Of a stretch of DNA of 64,000 nt, positions 17,691 through 24,614 are shown piece by piece. Each line of letters opens with the position of its first letter. Positions within the stretch are counted from its first letter, which is position 1. The notes under the pieces were generated by a model, which made no database searches, had not been told where the DNA came from, and was given only the letters and a program-made list of their open reading frames with translations. The position numbers and the translations under genes are program-made. This DNA comes from a virus: the IMG/VR virus record IMGVR_UViG_3300032053_012801, one strand, 5' to 3'.

Positions 17691-17875
17691 TTATTATCCT
17701 CTTCTTGTACAATTTGAGCCCGAGCATCATAATAATGTAATTCAAGACCACTACTTCTTGCTCGACATTCTTTACATTCAACAGTACGTGAAATATCAAC
17801 AGGTTCATTGGTACCAACAATACTGCTATCGCACAGCAATTCTTTTGTAACAGGATTTGCAAGATGAACTGTCAT
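17612..17875 (-). CDS. hypothetical protein (overlaps the downstream gene by ~79 nt)
   Basis: 87-aa ORF. The overlap makes the exact boundaries uncertain. Confidence 0.25.
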   Translation of the reverse strand: MTVHLANPVTKELLCDSSIVGTNEPVDISRTVECKECRARSSGLELHYYDARAQIVQEEDNKCLTNKLLVTVSVRIVRGLNNLRDVM

Positions 17876-18223
17876 TTTGGCATTTCGATTATAGCTTCAC
17901 CAAAAGTCATAATATCAATCATTGCTTGACTAATGGCCTTATCAAAATAATCTTTATGCTTGTTGAATGTATTTCGTATCACACGTTTTTGTCTTTTCGA
18001 CAGATTTTTTGGATACTTAAACCTGAAGTTCATTTGTATCTCCATCACACTTGGGTAACCGAACTAATTTCGGATAAAATGTCCTATGACTAAGAACATC
18101 ATTATACTTCACGCAAGTGTGTATGTTCTTATTGTTTGGAAATCTCTCTTGACCATTTTCTGGCGGGGAAATAAAGTCGCAATCTTCTTTACAAAAATGC
18201 ATGTCTTTGCCCCTGAACTAAAG

Positions 18224-18310
18224 TGGCGGAGAGTGTAGGATTCGAACCCACGGAGCTATTAACTCATCAAGGTTCAAGCTTGACGCCATAAACCACTCGG
18301 CCAACTCTCC
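18224..18310 (-). tRNA. tRNA-Ser (anticodon TGA), type II, CCA encoded
   Basis: Reverse complement reads GGAGAGT-TG-GCCG-AGTGGTTTA-TGGC-G-TCAAG-CTTGAAC-CTTGA-(long variable arm)-GTGGG-TTCGAAT-CCTAC-ACTCTCC-G-CCA. Confidence 0.85.
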
Positions 18311-18567
18311 AACGTTCTCGCTATTGCTTGAAGACATGATATACGCCCCACAAAACAGTCATCATAAATGCATAACCCATCATGTCTTTATCATTCTTAC
18401 TAATCGCAATTAGCGCACAAACAATCCAACTCAATATCACTATTGTCAATCCCGGATGCGCAAAAATGATATTCATATTAGTTAGTTTCAAAAAGTAGTA
18501 ATCGCCATATTTTTAGTAAGTCTCTGCTACGTCCCGTGACGACTATGACGGGAAACGATTACTACAG

Positions 18568-18951
18568 TTACTGTCGTTCAATCATGAAAAAATCTCTAAT
18601 ATCTAACAATCCTAATCCAGATGGATGCGGGTCATGTACTAATTTGCCTTCATAAAAAACTACTGAATGTCCTCGCTTAAATCCTCGAGGGCTCTTACCA
18701 TTTACTATATAGTAGCCATCTACTCCTTTACGATAACTGCCAACTTCCTCTTTTCTACCAGTACCAAAACACGTAAAACCTCGACTTATCAAAAAATCCC
18801 ACAATACCGGAAACCAATTTGATCCCATATCTTGCAATTTAGGTATCTCATCTAATCGCAACTCTAAAATCGACGCAATACAAGCCGGAAAACAATTACC
18901 ATGAATACCCTTTTCTTCATCACTAATAATTGTCTGGTATACCCTTATCAT
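18568..18951 (-). CDS. hypothetical protein
   Basis: 127-aa ORF. Confidence 0.4.
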   Translation of the reverse strand: MIRVYQTIISDEEKGIHGNCFPACIASILELRLDEIPKLQDMGSNWFPVLWDFLISRGFTCFGTGRKEEVGSYRKGVDGYYIVNGKSPRGFKRGHSVVFYEGKLVHDPHPSGLGLLDIRDFFMIERQ

Positions 18952-18967
18952 AGTTCCTCGAATAATA

Positions 18968-19229
18968 CTCTCGCTCGGACTTGAACCGAGATAGCGTTAG
19001 CAAAGTTCCTATTAGGAAACGCGATTCCTGCCGCACATAAACCCTCTGGGACTGTTACCAGATTCCCAGCAGCGTGTCAGTTCTGCCGCAACCTTGGAAC
19101 TTCCTTAACTTCGAGCCTAATCTTACGACTAGTAAAGTCTCATAAAGACTTACTCTAATTAAGTCTAACACTCCTTTTACAGTACCGGTTCGTTTTTACC
19201 GGTGCTTTACCGTTAAGCTACGAGAGTAA
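18968..19229 (-). other. split tRNA-like locus, unresolved: tRNA-like 5' module and canonical T-arm/acceptor 3' module ~185 nt apart
   Basis: The 5' module reads ACTCTCG-TA-GCTT-AACGGTA-AAGC-A-ACCGGT-(8-nt loop AAAAACGA)-ACCGGT. The 3' module reads CTCGG-TTCAAGT-CCGAG-CGAGAGT-A. The acceptor pairing between the modules is 7/7. The intervening ~185 nt contain a strong hairpin and an AAAGGAG motif. No tmRNA-type tag ORF is present. Confidence 0.3.
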
Positions 19230-19238
19230 AACTGATAA

Positions 19239-19311
19239 TAGCGGCACTACGAGTCGAACGTAGGTTGAAAGTTTATGAGACTTTCCAGACCACCGGGCCT
19301 AGCCTACCGCA
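19239..19311 (-). tRNA. tRNA with anticodon CAT (third copy), 1-72 mismatch
   Basis: D-stem CTAG/CTGG. Anticodon stem AAAGT/ACTTT with loop CTCATAA. T-arm CTACG-TTCGACT-CGTAG. Acceptor (T)GCGGTA/TGCCGC(T) with T.T at 1-72. Confidence 0.6.
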
Positions 19312-19323
19312 ATATTTACTATA

Positions 19324-19396
19324 TAGCCGGTGAGAGACTTGAACTCCCAATATCCTGTATGTAACACAGGCGCCTTACCAATTTGGCCAACCAGCT
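19324..19396 (-). tRNA. tRNA-Val (anticodon TAC)
   Basis: Acceptor AGCTGGT/ACCGGCT. Anticodon stem CCTGT/ACAGG with loop GTTACAT. T-arm GGGAG-TTCAAGT-CTCTC. Confidence 0.7.
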
Positions 19397-19559
19397 AAAT
19401 TTTCACTCCAATCGGTTCTTTATTATCGAACAACTTTTGTAACTTAACTACGCTCTCTACAGGAAGCTCAAAATCATCGACCAACTCTTTAGCAGCTTGT
19501 CTAGCAGCTAAATCATCAATCTGTTCCATCGGAATCTTGATAATGAGTTGGTACTTCAT
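19395..19559 (-). CDS. hypothetical small protein (start trimmed to the internal Met)
   Basis: The track ORF 19395..19697 reads through tRNA-Gly. The ATG at 19559 has an AGGAG RBS. It encodes MKYQLIIKIPMEQIDDLAARQAAKELVDDF... (54 aa). Confidence 0.35.
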   Translation of the reverse strand: MKYQLIIKIPMEQIDDLAARQAAKELVDDFELPVESVVKLQKLFDNKEPIGVKI

Positions 19560-19575
19560 CTTAATCTCCTGTAAA

Positions 19576-19652
19576 TGGTGCGGTAGCCGTGAGTTCAACA
19601 CGGGACCTCTGCCTTGGCAAGGCAACGTTCTAAGCAACTGAACTACTACCGC
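19576..19652 (-). tRNA. tRNA-Gly (anticodon GCC), CCA encoded
   Basis: Reverse complement reads GCGGTAG-TA-GTTC..GAAC-G-TTGCC-TTGCCAA-GGCAG-AGGTC-CCGTG-TTGAACT-CACGG-CTACCGC-A-CCA. Confidence 0.85.
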
Positions 19653-19701
19653 GTCTGATAAACAGAAAATCAAGCTTAGTGCATTACCATTAATCAACCT
19701 A

Positions 19702-19785
19702 TGGCGGTGAGTGAGAGATTTGAACTCCCATGCCCTAAAGCGCTCGAGTTCGGATCGAGTGGATTACCAATTATCCTAACTCACC
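19702..19785 (-). tRNA. tRNA-Ser (anticodon CGA), type II, CCA encoded; position 33 is C
   Basis: Reverse complement reads GGTGAGT-TA-GGAT..ATCC-A-CTCGA-TCCGAAC-TCGAG-(13-nt variable arm)-GGGAG-TTCAAAT-CTCTC-ACTCACC-G-CCA. Confidence 0.6.
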
Positions 19786-19803
19786 GTATATTGTCAAAAT
19801 AAA

Positions 19804-19886
19804 TGGACCGGGAAGGATTTGAACCTTCGTAGGCCGAAGCCGCTTGATTTACAGTCAAGTGCGATTGACCACTCTGCCACCGATCC
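19804..19886 (-). tRNA. tRNA-Tyr (anticodon GTA), type II
   Basis: Acceptor GGATCGG/CCGGTCC. Anticodon stem CTTGA/TCAAG with loop CTGTAAA. Variable arm GCGGCTTCGGCC. T-arm GAAGG-TTCAAAT-CCTTC. Confidence 0.8.
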
Positions 19887-19892
19887 AGTCTG

Positions 19893-20159
19893 CTACTTTC
19901 TTCTTGCTTTCCATTCGGGTATGGGTTCATGCACTTTGAGTTCTCCACTCCAGCATGATACCCAGGGCCAAGGATTCCACCGATTCTTGCAGTCGCAAAT
20001 GTTCCACGAGTCAAAGTATTTGCGATAGATCTTACCGTTTGGTATGTCTTTAGCTCTTCTGATCACGCGATTAGCTTCTCTCTTAGCAAATTTTTTGTAG
20101 CTCGAGCCATAGCCACAAACGAAGACTGGTTCGCGATAACTTCGAGACATGTTGTTCAC
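19893..20159 (-). CDS. hypothetical basic protein
   Basis: 88 aa, Lys/Arg-rich. It starts right after tRNA-Tyr. Confidence 0.4.
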   Translation of the reverse strand: MNNMSRSYREPVFVCGYGSSYKKFAKREANRVIRRAKDIPNGKIYRKYFDSWNICDCKNRWNPWPWVSCWSGELKVHEPIPEWKARRK

Positions 20160-20214
20160 TCCTTGTTAAGTGTTTTTACAACATGATAACCTCCTTTAGT
20201 TAAAGTTGAAAAAA

Positions 20215-20286
20215 TAGCCCGTACCAGAATTGAACTGGTGCTGCATGGTTGAAAACCATGTGTCCTAACCACTAGACGAACGGGCC
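20215..20286 (-). tRNA. tRNA-Glu (anticodon TTC)
   Basis: Reverse complement reads GGCCCGT-TC-GTCT-AGTGGTTAG-GACA-CATGG-TTTTCAA-CCATG-CAGC-ACCAG-TTCAATT-CTGGT-ACGGGCT-A. Confidence 0.75.
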
Positions 20287-20292
20287 GTTACT

Positions 20293-20370
20293 TGGTGCGG
20301 TAGGCGAGATTTCAACTCGCGATATTCTGCTTGGAAGGCAGACGCCTTAGAGCAACTGGGCTACTACCGC
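20293..20370 (-). tRNA. tRNA-Gly (anticodon TCC), CCA encoded
   Basis: Acceptor GCGGTAG/CTACCGC. Anticodon stem TCTGC/GCAGA with loop CTTCCAA. T-arm GCGAG-TTGAAAT-CTCGC. Confidence 0.8.
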
Positions 20371-20383
20371 AAAACTTAAAAAT

Positions 20384-20456
20384 CAGGCGTGGAGAGATTT
20401 GAACTCCCAAAGTGTCGGTTTTGGAGACCGGTGCTGTACCATTGAGCCACACGCCT
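20384..20456 (-). tRNA. tRNA-Trp (anticodon CCA)
   Basis: GCACCGGTCTCCAAAACCG matches the E. coli tRNA-Trp anticodon arm. Acceptor AGGCGTG/CACGCCT, discriminator G. Confidence 0.85.
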
Positions 20457-20543
20457 AGTTATCATACTTTTGCAAAAATCGTCTAACTTGTGTATGAGAT
20501 AGATGATCAATCTAATGCCATGCTGTTGTACTGCAGATATTAA

Positions 20544-20617
20544 CGGGAGCGACGGGGTATGATCCCGCAACTTTCGGATAGACGGTCCGATATTCTACCA
20601 TTTTGAATTACGCTCCC
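20544..20617 (-). tRNA. tRNA-Asp (anticodon GTC), atypical loops
   Basis: Reverse complement reads GGGAGCG-TA-ATTC..GAAT-A-TCGGA-CCGTCTA-TCCGA-AAGTT-GCGGG-ATCATAC-CCCGT-CGCTCCC-G. Discriminator G as in Asp. The T-loop and positions 33/37 are non-canonical. Confidence 0.6.
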
Positions 20618-20637
20618 AAATACAGTCAACTCCGAAA

Positions 20638-20720
20638 TGCGGATGACAGGACTTGAACCTGCACGAGATTGCTCCCGCTACCACCTCAAAGTAGTGTGTT
20701 TACCATTTCACCACATCCGC
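20638..20720 (-). tRNA. tRNA-Leu (anticodon GAG), type II
   Basis: Acceptor GCGGATG/CATCCGC. Anticodon stem CTACT/GGTAG with loop TTGAGGT. Variable arm CGGGAGCAATCTCGT. T-arm GCAGG-TTCAAGT-CCTGT. Confidence 0.75.
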
Positions 20721-20827
20721 AAGAAATTCTGACAGTTGATCATTCCTACGACCAGTCCTGCCGGCACACTGTCGAGTGCCTTGGGAACTGGTACCGTTTC
20801 CGGTTCTAAGTTTGATCTTGTATAATA

Positions 20828-20911
20828 TGCGAAGAGCGAGAGTTGAACTCGCAAGGAATTACTTCCGCTGGGTCCTAAGCCCAGTGCGTCTGCCAATTCC
20901 GCCATCCTCGC
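20828..20911 (-). tRNA. tRNA-Leu (anticodon TAG), type II
   Basis: Reverse complement reads GCGAGGA-TG-GCGG-AATTGGCAGA-CGC-A-CTGGG-CTTAGGA-CCCAG-(long variable arm)-GCGAG-TTCAACT-CTCGC-TCTTCGC-A. Confidence 0.8.
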
Positions 20912-20962
20912 GTAATTACGTTCTCAAATGTGCTTCATCATCAATATGTCAAAGAGCTTTAA

Positions 20963-21039
20963 CTGGTGAGCGCGGTCAGGTTCAAACTGACGATCTCTTG
21001 ATTAAGAATCAAGTGCATTAATCAACTTTGCTACGCGCC
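20963..21039 (-). tRNA. tRNA-Lys (anticodon CTT), CCA encoded
   Basis: Acceptor GGGCGCG/CGCGCTC. Anticodon stem CTTGA/TCAAG with loop TTCTTAA. T-arm GTCAG-TTTGAAC-CTGAC. Confidence 0.7.
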
Positions 21040-21053
21040 CTAATTCAATGTAA

Positions 21054-21127
21054 GTACCCGCAGTTGGATTTGAACCAACGGCTTAGTCATTAAAAGTGAC
21101 TTACTCTAGCCAACTGAGTTATGCGGG
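21054..21127 (-). tRNA. tRNA-Lys (anticodon TTT)
   Basis: Reverse complement reads GCCCGCA-TA-ACTC..GAGT-A-AGTCA-CTTTTAA-TGACT-AAGCC-GTTGG-TTCAAAT-CCAAC-TGCGGGT-A. Confidence 0.8.
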
Positions 21128-21182
21128 CATTTACTTATTTCAAAGATCACTAGTAATTGTCAATTGAATCATGCAACTAGCT

Positions 21183-21260
21183 TGGGGTGAATGATGGGCC
21201 TCGAACCCACAACCTTCGGAATCACGATCCGATGCTCTAGCCAATTGAGCTACATCCACC
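21183..21260 (-). tRNA. tRNA-His (anticodon GTG) with encoded G-1 and CCA
   Basis: Reverse complement reads G-GTGGATG-TA-GCTC..GAGC-A-TCGGA-TCGTGAT-TCCGA-AGGTT-GTGGG-TTCGAGG-CCCAT-CATTCAC-C-CCA. The extra 5' G pairs with C73. Confidence 0.85.
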
Positions 21261-21270
21261 ATAAATTCAG

Positions 21271-21360
21271 TGGCCCCGGCAGGATTTGAACCTGCGATGT
21301 GAGCCGTAAGCTCAGACAGATTAAAAATCTGTTACCCTCGATCCGCTAGGTGACGGAGCC
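21271..21360 (-). tRNA. type II tRNA (Ser-like D-loop, 5-bp variable-arm hairpin) carrying anticodon TTT; identity uncertain
   Basis: Reverse complement reads GGCTCCG-TC-ACCT-AGCGGATCGA-GGGT-A-ACAGA-TTTTTAA-TCTGT-C-TGAGC-TTACG-GCTCA-CATC-GCAGG-TTCAAAT-CCTGC-CGGGGCC-A. A long variable arm combined with a Lys anticodon is a non-canonical pairing. Confidence 0.5.
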
Positions 21361-21379
21361 CAAACGTTTGTCAGATTTG

Positions 21380-21544
21380 TCACTGTCCATTTGGACTCGC
21401 TCCTTTCAAGTTATCATTTTGCCAGACCAATTTTGTGATTGGTTTTGGTTTCCGGCCCCATTTTTGTTCTTGTTTTGCCATTTCAACAAAATCGTCAAAT
21501 GTGTCTTTAGGGAGGAAGCATTTTGAGACTTCAAATTTGTCCAT
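21380..21544 (-). CDS. hypothetical small protein (54 aa, below the ORF-track cutoff)
   Basis: An AGGGAGG RBS lies 6 nt before the ATG at 21544. It encodes MDKFEVSKCFLPKDTFDDFVEMAKQEQKWGRKPKPITKLVWQNDNLKGASPNGQ. Confidence 0.35.
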   Translation of the reverse strand: MDKFEVSKCFLPKDTFDDFVEMAKQEQKWGRKPKPITKLVWQNDNLKGASPNGQ

Positions 21545-21564
21545 GGCGAGCCTCCCTAAAATAG

Positions 21565-21606
21565 AAAAACCCCGTCGATCGATTTGACCGGCGGGGTTTT
21601 GTGTTT
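21565..21606. terminator. bidirectional rho-independent terminator
   Basis: aaaaa-CCCCGTCG-atcgatttgac-CGGCGGGG-ttttgtgttt. Confidence 0.55.
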
Positions 21607-21628
21607 AGCCTAAGTGTTTAGGATTAAC

Positions 21629-21829
21629 TCAAGCCCCGCCTGTCCACGATTTATCATAGCCTTCGTATCCAACTGATAGCCATGATAAATAGGACAACCC
21701 CAACACTGCGTGTCGCTTGACACGTTTTATAGGTGCAGTATGAAGTTGTAGGGTTTGCATTACACTCTCGTGTTTTTCAAAGTATTCAGGTTTTCTTGAA
21801 TATTCCTGAGAATATAAAACAATAATCAC
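21629..21829 (-). CDS. hypothetical protein
   Basis: 66-aa ORF. Confidence 0.3.
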   Translation of the reverse strand: MIIVLYSQEYSRKPEYFEKHESVMQTLQLHTAPIKRVKRHAVLGLSYLSWLSVGYEGYDKSWTGGA

Positions 21830-22363
21830 TTTAACAAGCGTAGATAAACCAAACTTACTAGTTTCATTAGCTCTTGAGGGACGTCTGTATTTCTTATCTT
21901 GACTGACTCACGAAACCATAGATGATATTTATTGATATAATGAAGAATTATTTTAGTATCAGTCGTGTCTAAAAGCCTACACGACTTCTACAAAAACGGG
22001 TCACTACCCAAATATCTACCTATAATAGAAAAATTCTCTAATGAGAACTTTTCAGAACGATACAAGCAAACATGCGAACAACAAGCGAAAGCTAACATTG
22101 ACTCGTTACTTTCTAACATAAGTGATAGAATCACTCCAGTGATTATTAACTCTTCACTAAATAATGTATTATAGTATTTCTGGTAAACTTTAGAGAGTTC
22201 TCGTATAGACTCTAGTTTGCTAGCGTTAGTATGTTTAGAAGTGAATTTATAAGTTAGTTGCATGAAATATATTATGCAAATTTCATCAATGACTTTATAG
22301 CTGGATGTTAAATGTAGCAGTTTGAAAGTAGCGCCTCATTACTGAAGCGCTACTTAATTGTGT

Positions 22364-22576
22364 TTACTTCTTTTTAGCTACTTCTTTGACTTTAGTAGTT
22401 TTGACAGTGTCAACCATTATCGTTGTTACAGTGTCTACTTTAGCAATTGCTGTTGTAGTTGCGGGCTTTGCCTCTGACTTTTTAGCACTGTTTGACAGCA
22501 TCAAACCGCCAGTAATAATTGCAGCTGCAATAATAGCAACTACCACAATACTAGACTTTTTACCGAGCTTCATCAT
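22364..22576 (-). CDS. small secreted Thr-rich protein (signal peptide)
   Basis: MMKLGKKSSIVVVAIIAAAIITGG followed by a Thr/Lys-rich tail. Paralogous to 22595..22819. Confidence 0.45.
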   Translation of the reverse strand: MMKLGKKSSIVVVAIIAAAIITGGLMLSNSAKKSEAKPATTTAIAKVDTVTTIMVDTVKTTKVKEVAKKK

Positions 22577-22594
22577 TATCTCCTTTTTGGGTGT

Positions 22595-22819
22595 TTACTT
22601 GGCCTTTTTGAGCGTGTCAACTTTTGTCGCTGTAGTGGTCGTCGTCGTGAGTATCTTGATAATTAGAGTCGTATCGCAAGTTACGACCTTTGTGGTTTCA
22701 GCGACAGCAACGACTTTCGCTGTTTCAACAGACTTGGACTCTTTTTTTGCAGTGACTTGTTGTGCTGCAACAGTTGCAAAAACAAAACAGACAGTAAACA
22801 GAATCAGCTTCTTCATCAA
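22595..22819 (-). CDS. small secreted Thr-rich protein (signal peptide), paralogue
   Basis: MMKKLILFTVCFVFATVAAQQ followed by a poly-Thr stretch. Confidence 0.45.
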   Translation of the reverse strand: MMKKLILFTVCFVFATVAAQQVTAKKESKSVETAKVVAVAETTKVVTCDTTLIIKILTTTTTTATKVDTLKKAK

Positions 22820-22830
22820 TCCCCCTATTG

Positions 22831-23895
22831 TTAGAGACTTATATAATCTGCGAATGCAGCCGACATGAACTGTTCTTTAACACCTTTATTCGTAAAGAAG
22901 TCTTTTAGGCCGGGTGTAGTTACTAAGTAGTTTTCTGCTACATCATATACTGCTGAATCATCATATTTGTCATCTGATTTGAGTTCACGAGCAATTTGTC
23001 TACCTAAGCGTCTTACTCGATCTTCAGTTAGAGGTCTATCTTTTCTGGGTGGTCGATTTATTTTTTCTTGTTTTCTTTGTTCCCAGGTTTTGTTTTCTTC
23101 ATCTGTAGCACCGATGAATAGTTCAATGCCGGAAGTTGTGTAGGGCATCGGGCGATTTGATGGTTTTACATATGTCGTGCCTTGACGTTCAAAATCATGA
23201 ACTACAACAGTTGAGCCGTCAATATTGCCCATGGCTATTCGCATATGTATGTATTCACCGCCAGATTTGCCAGTAATTACTTGTTCTTTGTCACCTTGAG
23301 ATATGTCAGCTATAACAGATTGTGGTTCATCACCAGATGATTCATCAAATACTGTTGTAAGTTTGAGTTTGCTTACTAAGTTGTCATAAAATTTAGATTC
23401 ATTTTTGACGTATTCGCCACCTTCACCTACAAATACGTATTTGACTGGTTCTTTTAGTTTTTGTAATTGTTGACGAGCGCTTCTACCGTAGTTCTTGAAA
23501 ATGGCATCATGTATTTCTTCATTGGGTCTAGATAGAGGTGGTAGTAGTTCTGCAAATTTTGTCTTTTTAGCACGATCGCGAACTTTCTTGAATGAATTGT
23601 AAGCTTCCATAGTTTCTGGAGTAGTATCAGTAAACGAATGAAAATCTCTAATATGAGCTAACGTCTTGTCTCTGTCAACAAATTTAGTGTGGCATAAGGG
23701 ACACATTTGTTGACCCTTGTCAGCTACTGGAGGAGTAGCAGTTATCCTCTTAGTAGTTTTTGGATGAGTTTGGATGTAATGTCGTTGTTCAAAGTAGCTA
23801 AGGTCGTCCCAATACGTTTTTGCAATTTTTTCAACAAATTCTTTGCTGATAGTGGCTAAATGTTTCATATTACCACTCATTTCCATGTGGGTCAT
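22831..23895 (-). CDS. MKHLA-module paralogue A with C2H2-like zinc finger (true start probably the 3rd Met, at 23868)
   Basis: After MTHMEMSGN the protein reads MKHLATISKEFVEKIAKTYWDDLSYFEQRHYIQTHPKTTKR. It also carries CPLCHTKFVDRDKTLAHIRDFH. Confidence 0.5.
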   Translation of the reverse strand: MTHMEMSGNMKHLATISKEFVEKIAKTYWDDLSYFEQRHYIQTHPKTTKRITATPPVADKGQQMCPLCHTKFVDRDKTLAHIRDFHSFTDTTPETMEAYNSFKKVRDRAKKTKFAELLPPLSRPNEEIHDAIFKNYGRSARQQLQKLKEPVKYVFVGEGGEYVKNESKFYDNLVSKLKLTTVFDESSGDEPQSVIADISQGDKEQVITGKSGGEYIHMRIAMGNIDGSTVVVHDFERQGTTYVKPSNRPMPYTTSGIELFIGATDEENKTWEQRKQEKINRPPRKDRPLTEDRVRRLGRQIARELKSDDKYDDSAVYDVAENYLVTTPGLKDFFTNKGVKEQFMSAAFADYISL

Positions 23896-24355
23896 TTTCT
23901 TTCATCCACGATTTATTGATAGACCTTACGATTTCTTTTAAGTCTTTGTAAGTTTTACCAACGTCACCGAGAGGAATATCACTTGAATAACCTTCTACAA
24001 TCGCAGTAAAGTTACCTTTATTTGTCAATCTGAACACTGTCTCAAAACCTTTTTTGTTTGTAACAGTAAAAACGTTATCCTCAAAATCTTCACGTACTTC
24101 GAACTTATCTTTTTCAAATTGACTCGATAAATTAGTAAGCTTTTTAAGGTCCTTTTTTCGTGCAGGATGTTCAGAATCAAATTTGCTAGCTAATTCTTCT
24201 TTAACTCGTTGTTGACCGGGCGTTGTGAATTTATGTATGCGTCTTTTAGACTTAGGATGTCGTTTCAAATAAGTCTTTTGATCTTCTAATGACCAATCTT
24301 CCCATTTGCGCGCTGACTTCAAAAACTCTGTCTGAATAATTGCTAGATGTTTCAT
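23870..24355 (-). CDS. MKHLA-module paralogue B
   Basis: MKHLAIIQTEFLKSARKWEDWSLEDQKTYLKRHPKSKRR..., with a GGAG RBS. Confidence 0.5.
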   Translation of the reverse strand: MKHLAIIQTEFLKSARKWEDWSLEDQKTYLKRHPKSKRRIHKFTTPGQQRVKEELASKFDSEHPARKKDLKKLTNLSSQFEKDKFEVREDFEDNVFTVTNKKGFETVFRLTNKGNFTAIVEGYSSDIPLGDVGKTYKDLKEIVRSINKSWMKENDPHGNEW

Positions 24356-24612
24356 TTACTTACTCCTAGTAATGTATCCATCGTTCGATTTGTTTTCATT
24401 TGCCGCATTTTCTCATTCTTACGAACCTTCTTATACTTTGGCTTTAGTCTATATTTTTTTCGTTTTGATGGTTTTGCATTTACGACTTTCTTTGATCCTG
24501 GATGATCCTCAAGATATTGTCGCTGTTGTTGCATATTCATCTTAAGCCATCGACGGCTATATTGCTTCGCCTGAATCAAAAACTCACACTGTATAGTAGC
24601 TAAATGTTTCAT
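24352..24612 (-). CDS. MKHLA-module paralogue C (short, basic)
   Basis: MKHLATIQCEFLIQAKQYSRRWLKMNMQQQRQYLEDHPGSKK... Confidence 0.45.
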   Translation of the reverse strand: MKHLATIQCEFLIQAKQYSRRWLKMNMQQQRQYLEDHPGSKKVVNAKPSKRKKYRLKPKYKKVRKNEKMRQMKTNRTMDTLLGVSK

Positions 24613-24614
24613 GA

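Noticed and set aside
18968-19229. tmRNA (ssrA) hypothesis for the split tRNA-like locus
   Set aside because: I translated all three frames of the interior. No short frame begins at a resume codon and ends in the ...A-A-stop degradation tag typical of tmRNA (candidate endings were IW*, RVS* and ARS*). A genuine D-arm and an anticodon-like arm are present, whereas tmRNA lacks these.
19781-20159. Track ORFs 19781..20014 (minus) and 19819..20028 (plus)
   Set aside because: They run straight through tRNA-Ser(CGA) and tRNA-Tyr on both strands. Their GC-rich read-through peptides (e.g. ...RIGGILGPGYHAG...) are typical translated-tRNA artefacts. ORF 19893..20159 does not overlap a tRNA, so I kept it.
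20376-21021. Track ORFs 20376..20570, 20708..20905 (minus) and 20776..21021 (plus)
   Set aside because: Each is composed almost entirely of tRNA gene sequence (Trp, Asp, Leu-GAG, Leu-TAG, Lys-CTT). There is no RBS, and they are out of keeping with the surrounding AT-rich coding.
22386-22868. Plus-strand 160-aa ORF 22386..22868
   Set aside because: It is antisense to two signal-peptide genes with good RBS/ATG context. Its low-complexity V/T/A-rich translation is the mirror of the Thr-rich sense frames.
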